From Candidatus Omnitrophota bacterium (GTDB lineage: Bacteria > Omnitrophota > Gorgyraeia > Gygaellales > Profunditerraquicolaceae), in contig QZKH01000003.1 in assembly GCA_003598025.1 (NCBI GenBank), forward strand, positions 106,048-170,047: 64,000 nucleotides of DNA, read 5' to 3'. Shown here one piece after another: positions 9,161 to 18,987 of the stretch. Every line of letters begins with the position of its first letter. Position 1 is the stretch's first letter. Made by a program: the position numbers and the translations under genes. The notes beneath the pieces were generated by a model, which was given only the letters and a program-made list of their open reading frames with translations, made no database searches and was not told the DNA's origin.

Positions 9161-9176
9161 ACAAGGAGATTAGACC

Positions 9177-10166
9177 ATGAATTTTTTAGTTACTGGGGGA
9201 GCGGGTTTCATTGGATCGCATATAGTAGCAAAATTGCTTAAAGATGGGCATTTTGTGAGAGTATTAGATAACTTTTTCTCAGGAAAGAGGGAAAATTTAT
9301 CTTTTGCCACAAATAATGAACAATCAACCATGAACTTTGAACTAATAGAAGGCGACATCAGGGACAAGGATACCTGCAAGAAAGCCTGTTCCGGAATGGA
9401 TTACGTACTTCATCAGGCAGCGCTTCGCTCTGTGCCTAAATCCATGAAAGACCCGCAAAGCTATAATGAAGTTAATATTAACGGCGTTCTTTTTATGCTC
9501 AAGGCAGCTGCAGAAGCAAAGGTAAAGCGTTTTGTATTTGCCTCTTCAAGCTCGGTATACGGAGATGTCGATAAATTCCCCCAAAAAGAGGATTTTCTTC
9601 CGCAACCGATCTCACCTTATGCTTTAAGCAAGCTTACCGGAGAGCATTACTGCCACATATTTTCAGAGCATTTTGGCCTTGAGACTGTTGCCTTAAGGTA
9701 TTTTAACGTATTTGGCCCGCGCCAGGCATTAGATGATGAATATGCTGTTGTTATACCGAAATTCATACACAGCATTTTAAATGATAAGAATCCGCCGATT
9801 TTTGGTACGGGGAAACAATCACGCGACTTCACTTTTATTGACAACGTTGTTCAGGCTAATATTCTTTCGGCTACCGCTCCTTTAAGTTGCGGGCTGTCAA
9901 CCGGAGATTGTGTTCCTATAGCCCACAGGGTTTTCAATGTAGCAAATGGTAAAGATCATTCTGTTTTGGAATTAGTTGAATCCTTAAACAAGATTATCGG
10001 CAAAAACATAAAGCCGGAATTTCTTCCTAAAAGAGCGGGGGATGTCTTTAGGACTTGCGCGGATATTTCAAGGATCAAGAATGATATAAAATTCCAGCCA
10101 AAGATAGGTTTTGAAGAAGGGTTGAAGATTACGGTGGAGTATTTTAAGGAGATTTATAAGAAATAA
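9177..10166 (+). CDS. NAD-dependent nucleotide-sugar epimerase (WbpP-like SDR)
   Basis: GGAGFIG, HQAA..SVP.S, ASSSSVYG, YALSK, LRYFNVFGPRQ. Confidence 0.92.
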   Translation: MNFLVTGGAGFIGSHIVAKLLKDGHFVRVLDNFFSGKRENLSFATNNEQSTMNFELIEGDIRDKDTCKKACSGMDYVLHQAALRSVPKSMKDPQSYNEVNINGVLFMLKAAAEAKVKRFVFASSSSVYGDVDKFPQKEDFLPQPISPYALSKLTGEHYCHIFSEHFGLETVALRYFNVFGPRQALDDEYAVVIPKFIHSILNDKNPPIFGTGKQSRDFTFIDNVVQANILSATAPLSCGLSTGDCVPIAHRVFNVANGKDHSVLELVESLNKIIGKNIKPEFLPKRAGDVFRTCADISRIKNDIKFQPKIGFEEGLKITVEYFKEIYKK

Positions 10167-10324
10167 TGAGCTTTCAGTCGTCAGCTGTCAGCTTTCAGCT
10201 GTGGACCGAAAGCTGTAGCTTGCCGTGGTCCGTGGTCTGTCGACTATGGACTAGTTTAGCTTTCAGCTGATTTGTGAACCATGAACCATGAACCATGAAC
10301 TGATAGATACGCTATACGCAATAC
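10167..10324 (+). repeat. Composite heptamer element: (TCAGCTN)n - (CYGTGGW)n - (CCATGAA)n - (TACGCWA)n
   Basis: tgagctttcagtcgtcagctgtcagctttcagctgtggacc ... ccgtggtccgtggtctgtcgactatggac ... gaaccatgaaccatgaaccatgaac ... gatacgctatacgcaatac. Confidence 0.9.
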
Positions 10325-10342
10325 ATTAATGGAGGTACAAGA

Positions 10343-10855
10343 ATGAGTAAAACAATAGATTTACTAAATCAAATATCAAAATCAAGATATACCCAAGGAT
10401 TATCTAAGGTTACCAATGAGCTAAAAATTGGTTCAGCCAGGAATAATATAGTTTCAAACAGGAAATCTCGTATTCCGCTTACTTGGATGTTAGGTATGGG
10501 AGTTGCTACAATCATCCTGCTTAATTTTATTTTCACCATGAAACTATTTTTTATCGTAAAGAATTATAGTTCAAATAGCGCTGAAGTCATTGTTAAACTT
10601 AATGAAATTGATAAAATCTCACAAAAGAATACTCAAAAACTTGAAAAATATTCTTCCGATGTTTCAAAAATCAGCTCAGTAATCGGAGTTGTAGATACCA
10701 AGATAAAAGATAGTAATTTGCGCATTGCCGAGCTTCAAAAACAGCTTGAATCCCAGAAATTCGCCATAGAGAACCTTACTAAAGCCAAGGATACATTGTT
10801 TAATAAGGTAAGTGAGCTTGAGGCAGGAACAACTAAGGCAAAAAACAGGAGATAA
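10343..10855 (+). CDS. Hypothetical single-TM coiled-coil protein
   Basis: SD ggaggt; one TM followed by a coiled coil. Confidence 0.7.
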   Translation: MSKTIDLLNQISKSRYTQGLSKVTNELKIGSARNNIVSNRKSRIPLTWMLGMGVATIILLNFIFTMKLFFIVKNYSSNSAEVIVKLNEIDKISQKNTQKLEKYSSDVSKISSVIGVVDTKIKDSNLRIAELQKQLESQKFAIENLTKAKDTLFNKVSELEAGTTKAKNRR

Positions 10856-10859
10856 TTTG

Positions 10860-11636
10860 ATGTTTGGTGATCTGATAAAATACCGTGATCTTTTATTTAT
10901 GCTAACCCTAAGAGACATTAAGATCAGGTATAAGCAGGCTGTTATGGGCTTCTTTTGGGCGATCTTTATGCCTATTATGGCTGTTTTAGCCGGCGTTTTG
11001 GTAAAAAAAGCCATAGCTGTGGTTTCAGGAAAGCCTATGGATTTTGCAGGGGTCATATCTATATCTGTTAAGGTCCTGCCATGGACATTCTTTATTAGCT
11101 CAATAAGATTTGCGGTCCAGAGCCTTGTCGGTAACGCCAACCTGGTTACAAAGGTCTATTTTCCCAAAGAAGTCTTACCCTTATCATCTACGATAGCCTG
11201 CCTGTTTGATTTCTTAATTGCCGGGCTTGCATTAAGCGTCATGCTTGTTTTTGTTAAAGTCGGGGTAAGCATTCATCTTTTCTGGCTTCCAGTGATTATA
11301 TTATTTCTCGTTTTATTTACTGCCGGGCTCAGTTTACTGCTGTCTTCGGCAAATCTTTTCTTTAGGGATGTTAAATACGTAGTAGAGGTTATACTCATGT
11401 TTGGTATATTCTTTACCCCGGTTTTTTACGAAGCAAGCATATTCGGCAAATGGAAGGCGCTATTACTATTAAATCCTGTGGGCAGCCTGCTTGAATCGAT
11501 TAATAAAGTAGTAGTCCTTCATCAAACGCCGGACGCACCATGGCTAATTTATGCTGGCGCTACCTCTTTGTTGACTTTCTTTATTGGTATGATGATATTC
11601 CAGAAAAACGAACCCTATTTTGCGGAAAACATATAA
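10860..11636 (+). CDS. wzm: ABC-2 polysaccharide transporter permease (Wzm/RfbA-like)
   Basis: YRDLL..L..RDIK.RYKQ..MG..W, N..LV.KVYFP, TPVFY, LNP; start moved to ATG 10860. Confidence 0.88.
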   Translation: MFGDLIKYRDLLFMLTLRDIKIRYKQAVMGFFWAIFMPIMAVLAGVLVKKAIAVVSGKPMDFAGVISISVKVLPWTFFISSIRFAVQSLVGNANLVTKVYFPKEVLPLSSTIACLFDFLIAGLALSVMLVFVKVGVSIHLFWLPVIILFLVLFTAGLSLLLSSANLFFRDVKYVVEVILMFGIFFTPVFYEASIFGKWKALLLLNPVGSLLESINKVVVLHQTPDAPWLIYAGATSLLTFFIGMMIFQKNEPYFAENI

Positions 11637-12853
11637 TGAAAAATGCAATAGAATTTAACAATATTTGGAAAAAATTTAAACGCGGTGAAAAATTTAACTC
11701 TTTGAGAGATGCTATTCCTAATTTCTTCAGGAAAAAGATAGAGCTTGAAGCAGGAGAGTTTTGGGCGCTTAAAGATGTAAGTTTTGAGATTGAGAAAGGA
11801 GAAGTGTTGGGGATAATCGGTCCTAATGGAGCGGGAAAAAGCACTATTTTGAAGCTGCTTTCAGGCATAATAATACCTAATAAAGGCACTATGTCCATAA
11901 ACGGGAGGTTAGCTGCTTTAATTGAGGTAGGTGCAGGTTTCCACAATGACTTAACCGGAAGAGAAAATATTTATTTAAATGGCACTATACTTGGCATGAC
12001 AAGAAAAGAGATTGATTCAAAATTTGACCGTATAGTTGAATTTTCAGGGTTAAGCGAGTTTATTGACACTCCGGTTAAAAGATATTCTTCAGGAATGTAT
12101 TCCAGGCTGGGGTTTTCTGTTGCAGCACATATGGACCCGGATATCCTGCTTGTTGATGAGGTGCTTTCAGTAGGAGATATGGCTTTTCAGGCAAGATGTG
12201 CTGAGAAGATGAGAGAGCTGTTGGGTTCAGGGGCAACCATTATTCTAATATCTCACAATTTGCCTTTAGTGCAGAATATGTGCAAAAAGGTAATTTTGCT
12301 GCATAAAGGCCAGATATTAAACGAAGGCCATACCAATGATGTAATCCCGCTTTATGAAAAGATAGTTTATAGCCAGAGAGAAGAAGAAGTAAAGAAAGAG
12401 GCATCTAAGCTTGATTATAAAGTAAAAGTCCGCGAGGATTCTCTTGTATCAATAGATGAAGTCGCTATCTATGACGGTGCGTCTAATAAGAAGGACATCT
12501 TTTCAATAAATGAACATATTAATTTACAGGTATTACTTGGAACCAAAAAGAAAATAGAAAGACCTGTAGTTTCTGTAGAGATTGTCCGCGCTGATGGAGT
12601 TATTTGCTGCGCAACTAACACCAAGCAGGACAAATTTGATTTAGGTAATATTGACGGTAAGAAAACAATAGAAATCGGCTTGGGAGATATAAATCTATTA
12701 CCCGGGGTATATGTTTTACGGTTAGCTGTATGGGATAAGGATATGCTGCATCCATTTTGTGTAAGAAAGCAGGATATCCTTAAGATAGAGGGCGCATCTC
12801 TGTCAGCTACTAAAGGGATATTTAACCTAAAGGTAAAATGGAAGTTGTATTAG
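11636..12853 (+). CDS. wzt: ABC polysaccharide transporter ATPase with Wzt_C domain
   Basis: FWALKDVSF, GPNGAGKST, YSSGM..RLGF, VDEVLSVGD; C-terminal Ig-like extension; start at ATG 11636. Confidence 0.9.
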   Translation: MKNAIEFNNIWKKFKRGEKFNSLRDAIPNFFRKKIELEAGEFWALKDVSFEIEKGEVLGIIGPNGAGKSTILKLLSGIIIPNKGTMSINGRLAALIEVGAGFHNDLTGRENIYLNGTILGMTRKEIDSKFDRIVEFSGLSEFIDTPVKRYSSGMYSRLGFSVAAHMDPDILLVDEVLSVGDMAFQARCAEKMRELLGSGATIILISHNLPLVQNMCKKVILLHKGQILNEGHTNDVIPLYEKIVYSQREEEVKKEASKLDYKVKVREDSLVSIDEVAIYDGASNKKDIFSINEHINLQVLLGTKKKIERPVVSVEIVRADGVICCATNTKQDKFDLGNIDGKKTIEIGLGDINLLPGVYVLRLAVWDKDMLHPFCVRKQDILKIEGASLSATKGIFNLKVKWKLY

Positions 12854-12908
12854 TAAATGGTTATGGTTACGCTAATACTTCTTTAACATTGACTTTTAAC
12901 GGTGTTTT

Positions 12909-14753
12909 ATGAGTAGAATTTGTGGCGTAATATCATCAAATCTTATGGAGGAAACCAGTAGGTCTATTGTAAGCAGTATGAATAAGCTTATGCAACATGA
13001 AAGTTGGCATAGAATTGATGAATGGGTTAATCATTCAGTCGGATTGGGGCATATTAGTATAGAAGCAGTTAATGAGGAAATACAACCAATCTTTAATGAG
13101 GATCGGACTAAGGCAATAATATTTGCAGGGAAGATATTTGCCTACGAGGAAGATAAGAAATATTTGATTGATAGGGGACATAAATTTATTTATTTTGATA
13201 ATGACGCTGAATTTATTTTACACCTATATGAAGAATATGGAGTATCGAAATTTAGGATGTTAAATGGGATTTTTAGTTTTTTTATTTGGGATAATTTACG
13301 AAAAAAAGCAATTTTAGTTAATGATAGATACGGAATGAGGCCTATTTATTATATGAATGACAGAAATAAAAAGATTCTACTGTTTAGTTCTGAGCTAAAG
13401 GCTATATCAAAACAGCGTACCTTTGAGAAGAAGATCGATTGGGAAGCGTGGAATATATTTTTTAGGCTAGGTTTCTTAACAGGCGAAGACACATTTTATA
13501 AAAATATTAAAGTCCTTCCTAGTGGGTCGGTGCTTTATTTTTATGAGGATAATCTTAGCATCGAAAATTATTGGTCTTATAATGATATTTCTGTAGCTGC
13601 TAATCAGAATTTATCAACCTACATAGATGACGTAACCTTTTTGTTCAAACAATCAATGAAACGCAGATTACTACCGGAAAAGAAAATTGCTTTATTTCTT
13701 AGTGGAGGGCTTGATTCGCGTGGTATAGCCATAGAGTTAAAAAATAATAAAATACCATTTGAGACTTTTACTACAAGCAAATTTACTAGTCTCGATAGAG
13801 ATAAAAATCTCGCTAGTCTTATTGCTCAAAAGATGAATGTAAAGAATCATTTCCAGGAGTTACCGGATAGCTTTTTGGATGATATAGAATGGCGTAAAAA
13901 CTATTTACTTGATTACGAAAGTGATGAGCATGGTTGGATTTTGCCATTATTGAATCAGGTTCCTTTAGATTTCAAGATTAATTACGATGGGATAGCTCAA
14001 GATACTATTTGTGATTCTCTCTTATTTCGTGATGAAAATTATATATATCTGGACATGCTAGAGTCCAAAAAATACGAAGATTTTATATATTTCTGGGTAT
14101 ATCAAAAACAATTTAAATTTGTAAAATGGTCTAAAAATGACAATAATAATTTTAATTTTTTTTGCCCTAATATTAGAAAATTTTTCTCAGATGAAATATT
14201 CTTCGACAATCTTGAAAAGCATTTAATTAAGTATGAAGGTAGTCCAAATCAATTTATTTTTTTTCAATTGGATAATAGAACAAGAAGGGAAATTTCGTTA
14301 GCCCCATTCCAGTTAATAGTTAATAAATTAGAGAGTTTTTGCCCATATTTAGATAATGACTATTTTGAATATATTATTTCATTGCCACGTTTTACCAAGC
14401 GAAATCAAACATTAAGAAGCAAACTTATAAATGAATTAAATCCTAATTTTTGCGGGTATAATGAAAGCAATTATATTAGTAAATATAGCGATGTTTATAA
14501 AAAGAAATTAAAGTTTCTTGTTTCTATTGAAAAAACACTTCTCAAAAATAGTTTTTTTGATTTGAATAATTCTAATTTTCTTCTAAGAAAATTTTTATCG
14601 GATTACTTACTGATGAAGATGGGTTTGTTGATGGAAAGTATTGAAAAAGATTTGTATTTAAAAAGTAGCTTTAATTTAATTTTTCCACTTTATTTCTTTA
14701 ACAAATGGTTAGCTAATGAAGGGTTTGGTAAGGATGATATATTGATAAGCTAA
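12909..14753 (+). CDS. Asparagine-synthase-like amidotransferase (glycan amidation type)
   Basis: QPI.NED, D.E.ILHLYEEYG, DRYG.RPIYY, F.SELK, LSGGLDSR, PYLD. Confidence 0.8.
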   Translation: MSRICGVISSNLMEETSRSIVSSMNKLMQHESWHRIDEWVNHSVGLGHISIEAVNEEIQPIFNEDRTKAIIFAGKIFAYEEDKKYLIDRGHKFIYFDNDAEFILHLYEEYGVSKFRMLNGIFSFFIWDNLRKKAILVNDRYGMRPIYYMNDRNKKILLFSSELKAISKQRTFEKKIDWEAWNIFFRLGFLTGEDTFYKNIKVLPSGSVLYFYEDNLSIENYWSYNDISVAANQNLSTYIDDVTFLFKQSMKRRLLPEKKIALFLSGGLDSRGIAIELKNNKIPFETFTTSKFTSLDRDKNLASLIAQKMNVKNHFQELPDSFLDDIEWRKNYLLDYESDEHGWILPLLNQVPLDFKINYDGIAQDTICDSLLFRDENYIYLDMLESKKYEDFIYFWVYQKQFKFVKWSKNDNNNFNFFCPNIRKFFSDEIFFDNLEKHLIKYEGSPNQFIFFQLDNRTRREISLAPFQLIVNKLESFCPYLDNDYFEYIISLPRFTKRNQTLRSKLINELNPNFCGYNESNYISKYSDVYKKKLKFLVSIEKTLLKNSFFDLNNSNFLLRKFLSDYLLMKMGLLMESIEKDLYLKSSFNLIFPLYFFNKWLANEGFGKDDILIS

Positions 14754-14798
14754 ACGCTAAATTAAAGTTGCTTATATTTATTACTTTACCTCTACTTT

Positions 14799-15698
14799 AT
14801 GAATTATTCATTTATTTCAATAGTTATTGCTGCTTTTAATGAAGAAGATAATATCCCTAGTCTGATTGATTCACTATTGGCTTTAGATTATCCTAAGAAG
14901 AATTTTGAGATAATTATTGTTGATAATAATTCAAAAGATAATACTTATAATATTTTATCTAAGTATCCTACTATAAAAACATTAAAACAAATAAAAAAGG
15001 GAAAACCAGCAGCTATTAATTTAGGGATATTATCATCAAATGGAGAAATTATAGCTAATACAGATGCAGACTGTATAGTTGATAAACACTGGTTGCTAAA
15101 TATTAACAAATCATTTGAGGATAAAGCTATAGGGATTGTCGCTGGTCCTATAAAGAAAGCATGTCCGAGAAACATGTTGGAGAAATCATATTCCTTACGT
15201 GACGAAGACTTTAAGGTGACTATGAATCTAATTAAATTTCAAGGAGGGGCTAATTTGAGTTTCCGAAGAGATGTTTTGAATATGGTGGGTTTCTTTGATG
15301 AAACATTACTAAGAGGGCAAGACCTAGAGATATGTGAGAGAGTGCAGCTAAAGACGTCTTATAAATTTAAATATTTTGATGATGTTATTGTTTACACTAG
15401 ATATCCACATACCATTAAAAGATTGCTTCAGACATCGATAGGAGATGCCTTTGGGAAAGAGTTACTAGATAAAATGAATAATAAAAGTCATAATATTGCA
15501 TTACACGTTATTAAATTATTCGAAGAGATTATATATTCAATTATTCAAATATTCGCTAAGTTTTTTAGTAAAAATAAAGAAAACAAAATCGAGAGCTATT
15601 ATAAAGATCTATATGAAATTATTCGATCCTTTGGGAGATTTTTTGGCCATTTGAGAGGTCACTATTATTTTTTAAAAAATATTTTTTTTAAAAATTAA
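14799..15698 (+). CDS. Glycosyltransferase family 2
   Basis: SIVIAAFNEE, VDNNS.D, TDAD, GANL..RR. Confidence 0.88.
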   Translation: MNYSFISIVIAAFNEEDNIPSLIDSLLALDYPKKNFEIIIVDNNSKDNTYNILSKYPTIKTLKQIKKGKPAAINLGILSSNGEIIANTDADCIVDKHWLLNINKSFEDKAIGIVAGPIKKACPRNMLEKSYSLRDEDFKVTMNLIKFQGGANLSFRRDVLNMVGFFDETLLRGQDLEICERVQLKTSYKFKYFDDVIVYTRYPHTIKRLLQTSIGDAFGKELLDKMNNKSHNIALHVIKLFEEIIYSIIQIFAKFFSKNKENKIESYYKDLYEIIRSFGRFFGHLRGHYYFLKNIFFKN

Positions 15699-15706
15699 CG
15701 AATTCT

Positions 15707-16894
15707 ATGAATATATGTTTAGTTTCACGAGAATATCCTCCAGAGCAGGGTGGTGGTATATCTACATACATATATAATCTTGCGCATGGATTACAAGCTT
15801 TAGGTTACAAGGTATTTGTAGTATCCTCAACAGAAAATGAGAGTATTTCTTTTGAAGATAGGGGCGTTATTATATATAGAATTAAAAGGCCATATTTAAA
15901 ATTCCTAAGTTTCCTTGAAGATATTTTCCCTTTAAGAGCCTTTCTTTATAGCATTGATGTTGCGAAGAAAATAAGATATCTTGAGTTATCAGAGAATATT
16001 GACTTGATTGAATTTCAGAATTGGTATGCCGAAGGTTTTTGGTATTTGTTATTTAAACATACTCGCCCTGTTGTTATCCGATTGCATACACCATATTTTG
16101 AAATTTTACGAATAAAGAACCTTATTCCTAGGATAAAGGACAGGCTTATATGTTGGTTAGAAAAAACAGCTGTTAAAAAAAGTGATTTTATTACAACTTC
16201 TACTGTTTTCCATAAAACATTTATGTCTAATGAATATAATATAGAACCTGATAAGATAAAGGTGATACCTCTAGGTGTAGATGTTGAATCAAACGATGAA
16301 TCAAACGATGAATCAAACGATACGTATTTTAATCCTGGAGATGATAAATTTAATGTGTTATTTTTAGGAAGGCTTGAAAAGAGGAAAGGTATAGATGTGT
16401 TGTTAGAGGCGATACCTTATGTTATTGGGCAGAAGCAAGAGATTAATTTTTACCTTGTAGGTATAGATAAGAATGAATATTTTGAGAAAGAATTTAAGAA
16501 GAGATATTCTAATCGATATGAAAATAGTGTGCATTTTATTGGATATGTAGGTAAACCTCAAAAAGAAAACTTTCTTAGAAAGTGCGATTTATTCGTTGCT
16601 CCTTCTTTGTACGAATCGTTTGGTTTTGTTTATATCGAGGCAATGAGATATGGCAGACCTGTTATTGGTTGTAACGGTATTTCGGCCCAAGAGATTATCG
16701 AGCATAACAAGAGCGGTTTTTTGATTCCCCCTAACAATGTGGAAGCTCTTGCTAAAATAATACTTGAGTTATTCGATGATAAGGTTAAGAGGGAAAAGGT
16801 TGGAATGGAGGCACGTGCCAAAGTTAAGTTACAATATTCAAGAGAAAAAATGGCTGAAGCAACAGCCACTTTTTATACTTCTATATTCAAATGA
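15707..16894 (+). CDS. Glycosyltransferase family 4
   Basis: EYPP..GG, FLGRLEKRKG, PS.YESFG...IEAM. Confidence 0.9.
   Translation: MNICLVSREYPPEQGGGISTYIYNLAHGLQALGYKVFVVSSTENESISFEDRGVIIYRIKRPYLKFLSFLEDIFPLRAFLYSIDVAKKIRYLELSENIDLIEFQNWYAEGFWYLLFKHTRPVVIRLHTPYFEILRIKNLIPRIKDRLICWLEKTAVKKSDFITTSTVFHKTFMSNEYNIEPDKIKVIPLGVDVESNDESNDESNDTYFNPGDDKFNVLFLGRLEKRKGIDVLLEAIPYVIGQKQEINFYLVGIDKNEYFEKEFKKRYSNRYENSVHFIGYVGKPQKENFLRKCDLFVAPSLYESFGFVYIEAMRYGRPVIGCNGISAQEIIEHNKSGFLIPPNNVEALAKIILELFDDKVKREKVGMEARAKVKLQYSREKMAEATATFYTSIFK
16285..16321 (+). repeat. In-frame 12-bp tandem repeat (TGAATCAAACGA)x3 encoding ESND
   Basis: Three perfect copies in the GT4 interdomain linker. Confidence 0.9.
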
Positions 16895-18987
16895 GAACAA
16901 GAACCCCCAAAATAAGTGTAATCATACCAACATATAATCGTGCTAATTATATTAGCGTTGCGATTCACAGCGTTTTGAACCAAACATATCATAACTGGGA
17001 GATAATCGTAATTGATGATGGGTCTAATGATTCAACAAAAGAAGTAATTCGTCCGTATTTAGATAATATTTCTTATTTTTATCAGAACAATCAAGGAGAA
17101 GCTTCTGCTAGAAATATCGGGATAAATAGATCTAAGGGAGAATTTATCGCTTTTTTAGATAGCGATGATTTGTGGCTCCCGGATAAACTAAAAATACAGA
17201 TCTCCAGATTAGAAAGTAATGATCAATTATCATTAACATATTGTCGCGCTAAGATGATTGACTCACATGGAATATTTATGGGTTATAAGCCTACTACCCC
17301 TGCATTATCCACACGAGATTTTCTTTATGGGGCGAGATTGCCTATGACTGTTTTGGTAAAAAGAAAAGTATTTGATGAAGTAGGTTTGTTTGATACTAAT
17401 ATTAAAGTCGGAGTTGATACAGATTTATGGTTACGATTAAGCATGGATCATAAAATTGATTATTTAGATGAACCGCTAGCAGTTATAAGAGCTCATAATG
17501 ACAATATTTCAATTGATAAAAAAAGTATGTATCTAGGATCAATAAACACATTGAATAAGTTAATTAGCAACAAAATTGTTAATAATTTTGATAAACGAGA
17601 GCTCAATAATCTACTTGCCAAACAATATTATCTCTTAGCACGCGAGTGTAATTATACATATAGGGAGAGAAAATCTGCATTTAGCTATTGTTTTTCTGCA
17701 TTAAACTTAAATCCAAGTGTAGGAAAAATGCTTATTAACAAAAAAGATGATAATTTGCTGAAATATAAGAAGTTGCTTAACCCGTATTTTTTCTTATTTT
17801 ATACATTCTTCACAAGATTGCTGAGTACTAATAAATTAATTAAACAATCAATAAATATTCTGTTTTATGATCCTTCTTCAGGATACGGTGGTTCTGGAAA
17901 GTCATTATCATTACTTATAAATAATCTTAATGAAATGAATTTCTCGTCATTTGTGTTAATAAAAAACTTTGGACCACAATTTACGAATATAAAAAATGCG
18001 AAGATTGTAAAAATAAAAAACACGCCTAATCCAAGACGACAGAATATAATCGCATTTTTTGGATACATTATTCCAGAAGCAATTAGGATTTTCTTTATTT
18101 TAAAGCTAAATAATATAAGAATTGTTCATGTTAACACAAATATACTTTCAGGGCTTGCCCCTATTATTGCTGCTCGAATAGCAGGCGTTCCCTGTATTTG
18201 TCATATTAGGCTATCGAGAAATTTAATTAAGAGAGAAATTTTATTTTCTTATTGGATTGATCATGTAATTGTACTTAATATTAATACTTTTAAGATGTAT
18301 CGAAAGTATTTCTTAGAAGAGAGAATTAGCCTTATTTATGATGGTCTAAGTATGGATAATGAGAATTTGAATAATACTAATGCTATAGCTAGATGCGAAT
18401 TCTGTTATAATTCCGAATTTTGTGTAGGAATTATTGGAAGAATTGTTGAAGGTAAAGGCCACAAGGAATTTATATTAATGGCTCAGAAAATATTAGAAAA
18501 AAACAAAGCTGTAAAATTCTTAATAGTAGGGGAACCAAAAGGAGATTATGAAGACTACTTTATTCAGGTGGTTAAACTGGTAAAAGAAAGAAATCTGTCC
18601 GATAAAGTTATATTTACTGGCTGGAGAAATGACATTAATAATATAATATCTGGCTTGGATGTTCTTGTTCAGGCTAGTACAACTTTTCCTGAAGGTTTTG
18701 GGTTAACTATAATTGAAGCTATGGCGATGGGTAAAGTAGTTGTAGCCACTAATATTCCTGGTCCGTCAGATATTATTGTTAATGGAGAAACAGGCTTTTT
18801 AGTCCCACCTGGTGATATTAACTTGATGGCGGATAAAATATTGTATCTTCTTTGTAATCCAGATGTCGCTAGAAAAATGGGTGAAGCTGGTAGAAATCGT
18901 GTAGAAAAATTTTTTGCTATAAAAAATACTGTTAAGAGTATTGAAGAAATTTATATGGGGGTATTATTAAGGAAGAGACAACGATGA
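16891..18987 (+). CDS. GT2-GT4 fusion glycosyltransferase
   Basis: N-terminal SVIIPTYNR/DDGS/FLDSDD; C-terminal IIGRI..GKG, PEGFGLTIIEAM. Confidence 0.88.
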   Translation: MRTRTPKISVIIPTYNRANYISVAIHSVLNQTYHNWEIIVIDDGSNDSTKEVIRPYLDNISYFYQNNQGEASARNIGINRSKGEFIAFLDSDDLWLPDKLKIQISRLESNDQLSLTYCRAKMIDSHGIFMGYKPTTPALSTRDFLYGARLPMTVLVKRKVFDEVGLFDTNIKVGVDTDLWLRLSMDHKIDYLDEPLAVIRAHNDNISIDKKSMYLGSINTLNKLISNKIVNNFDKRELNNLLAKQYYLLARECNYTYRERKSAFSYCFSALNLNPSVGKMLINKKDDNLLKYKKLLNPYFFLFYTFFTRLLSTNKLIKQSINILFYDPSSGYGGSGKSLSLLINNLNEMNFSSFVLIKNFGPQFTNIKNAKIVKIKNTPNPRRQNIIAFFGYIIPEAIRIFFILKLNNIRIVHVNTNILSGLAPIIAARIAGVPCICHIRLSRNLIKREILFSYWIDHVIVLNINTFKMYRKYFLEERISLIYDGLSMDNENLNNTNAIARCEFCYNSEFCVGIIGRIVEGKGHKEFILMAQKILEKNKAVKFLIVGEPKGDYEDYFIQVVKLVKERNLSDKVIFTGWRNDINNIISGLDVLVQASTTFPEGFGLTIIEAMAMGKVVVATNIPGPSDIIVNGETGFLVPPGDINLMADKILYLLCNPDVARKMGEAGRNRVEKFFAIKNTVKSIEEIYMGVLLRKRQR

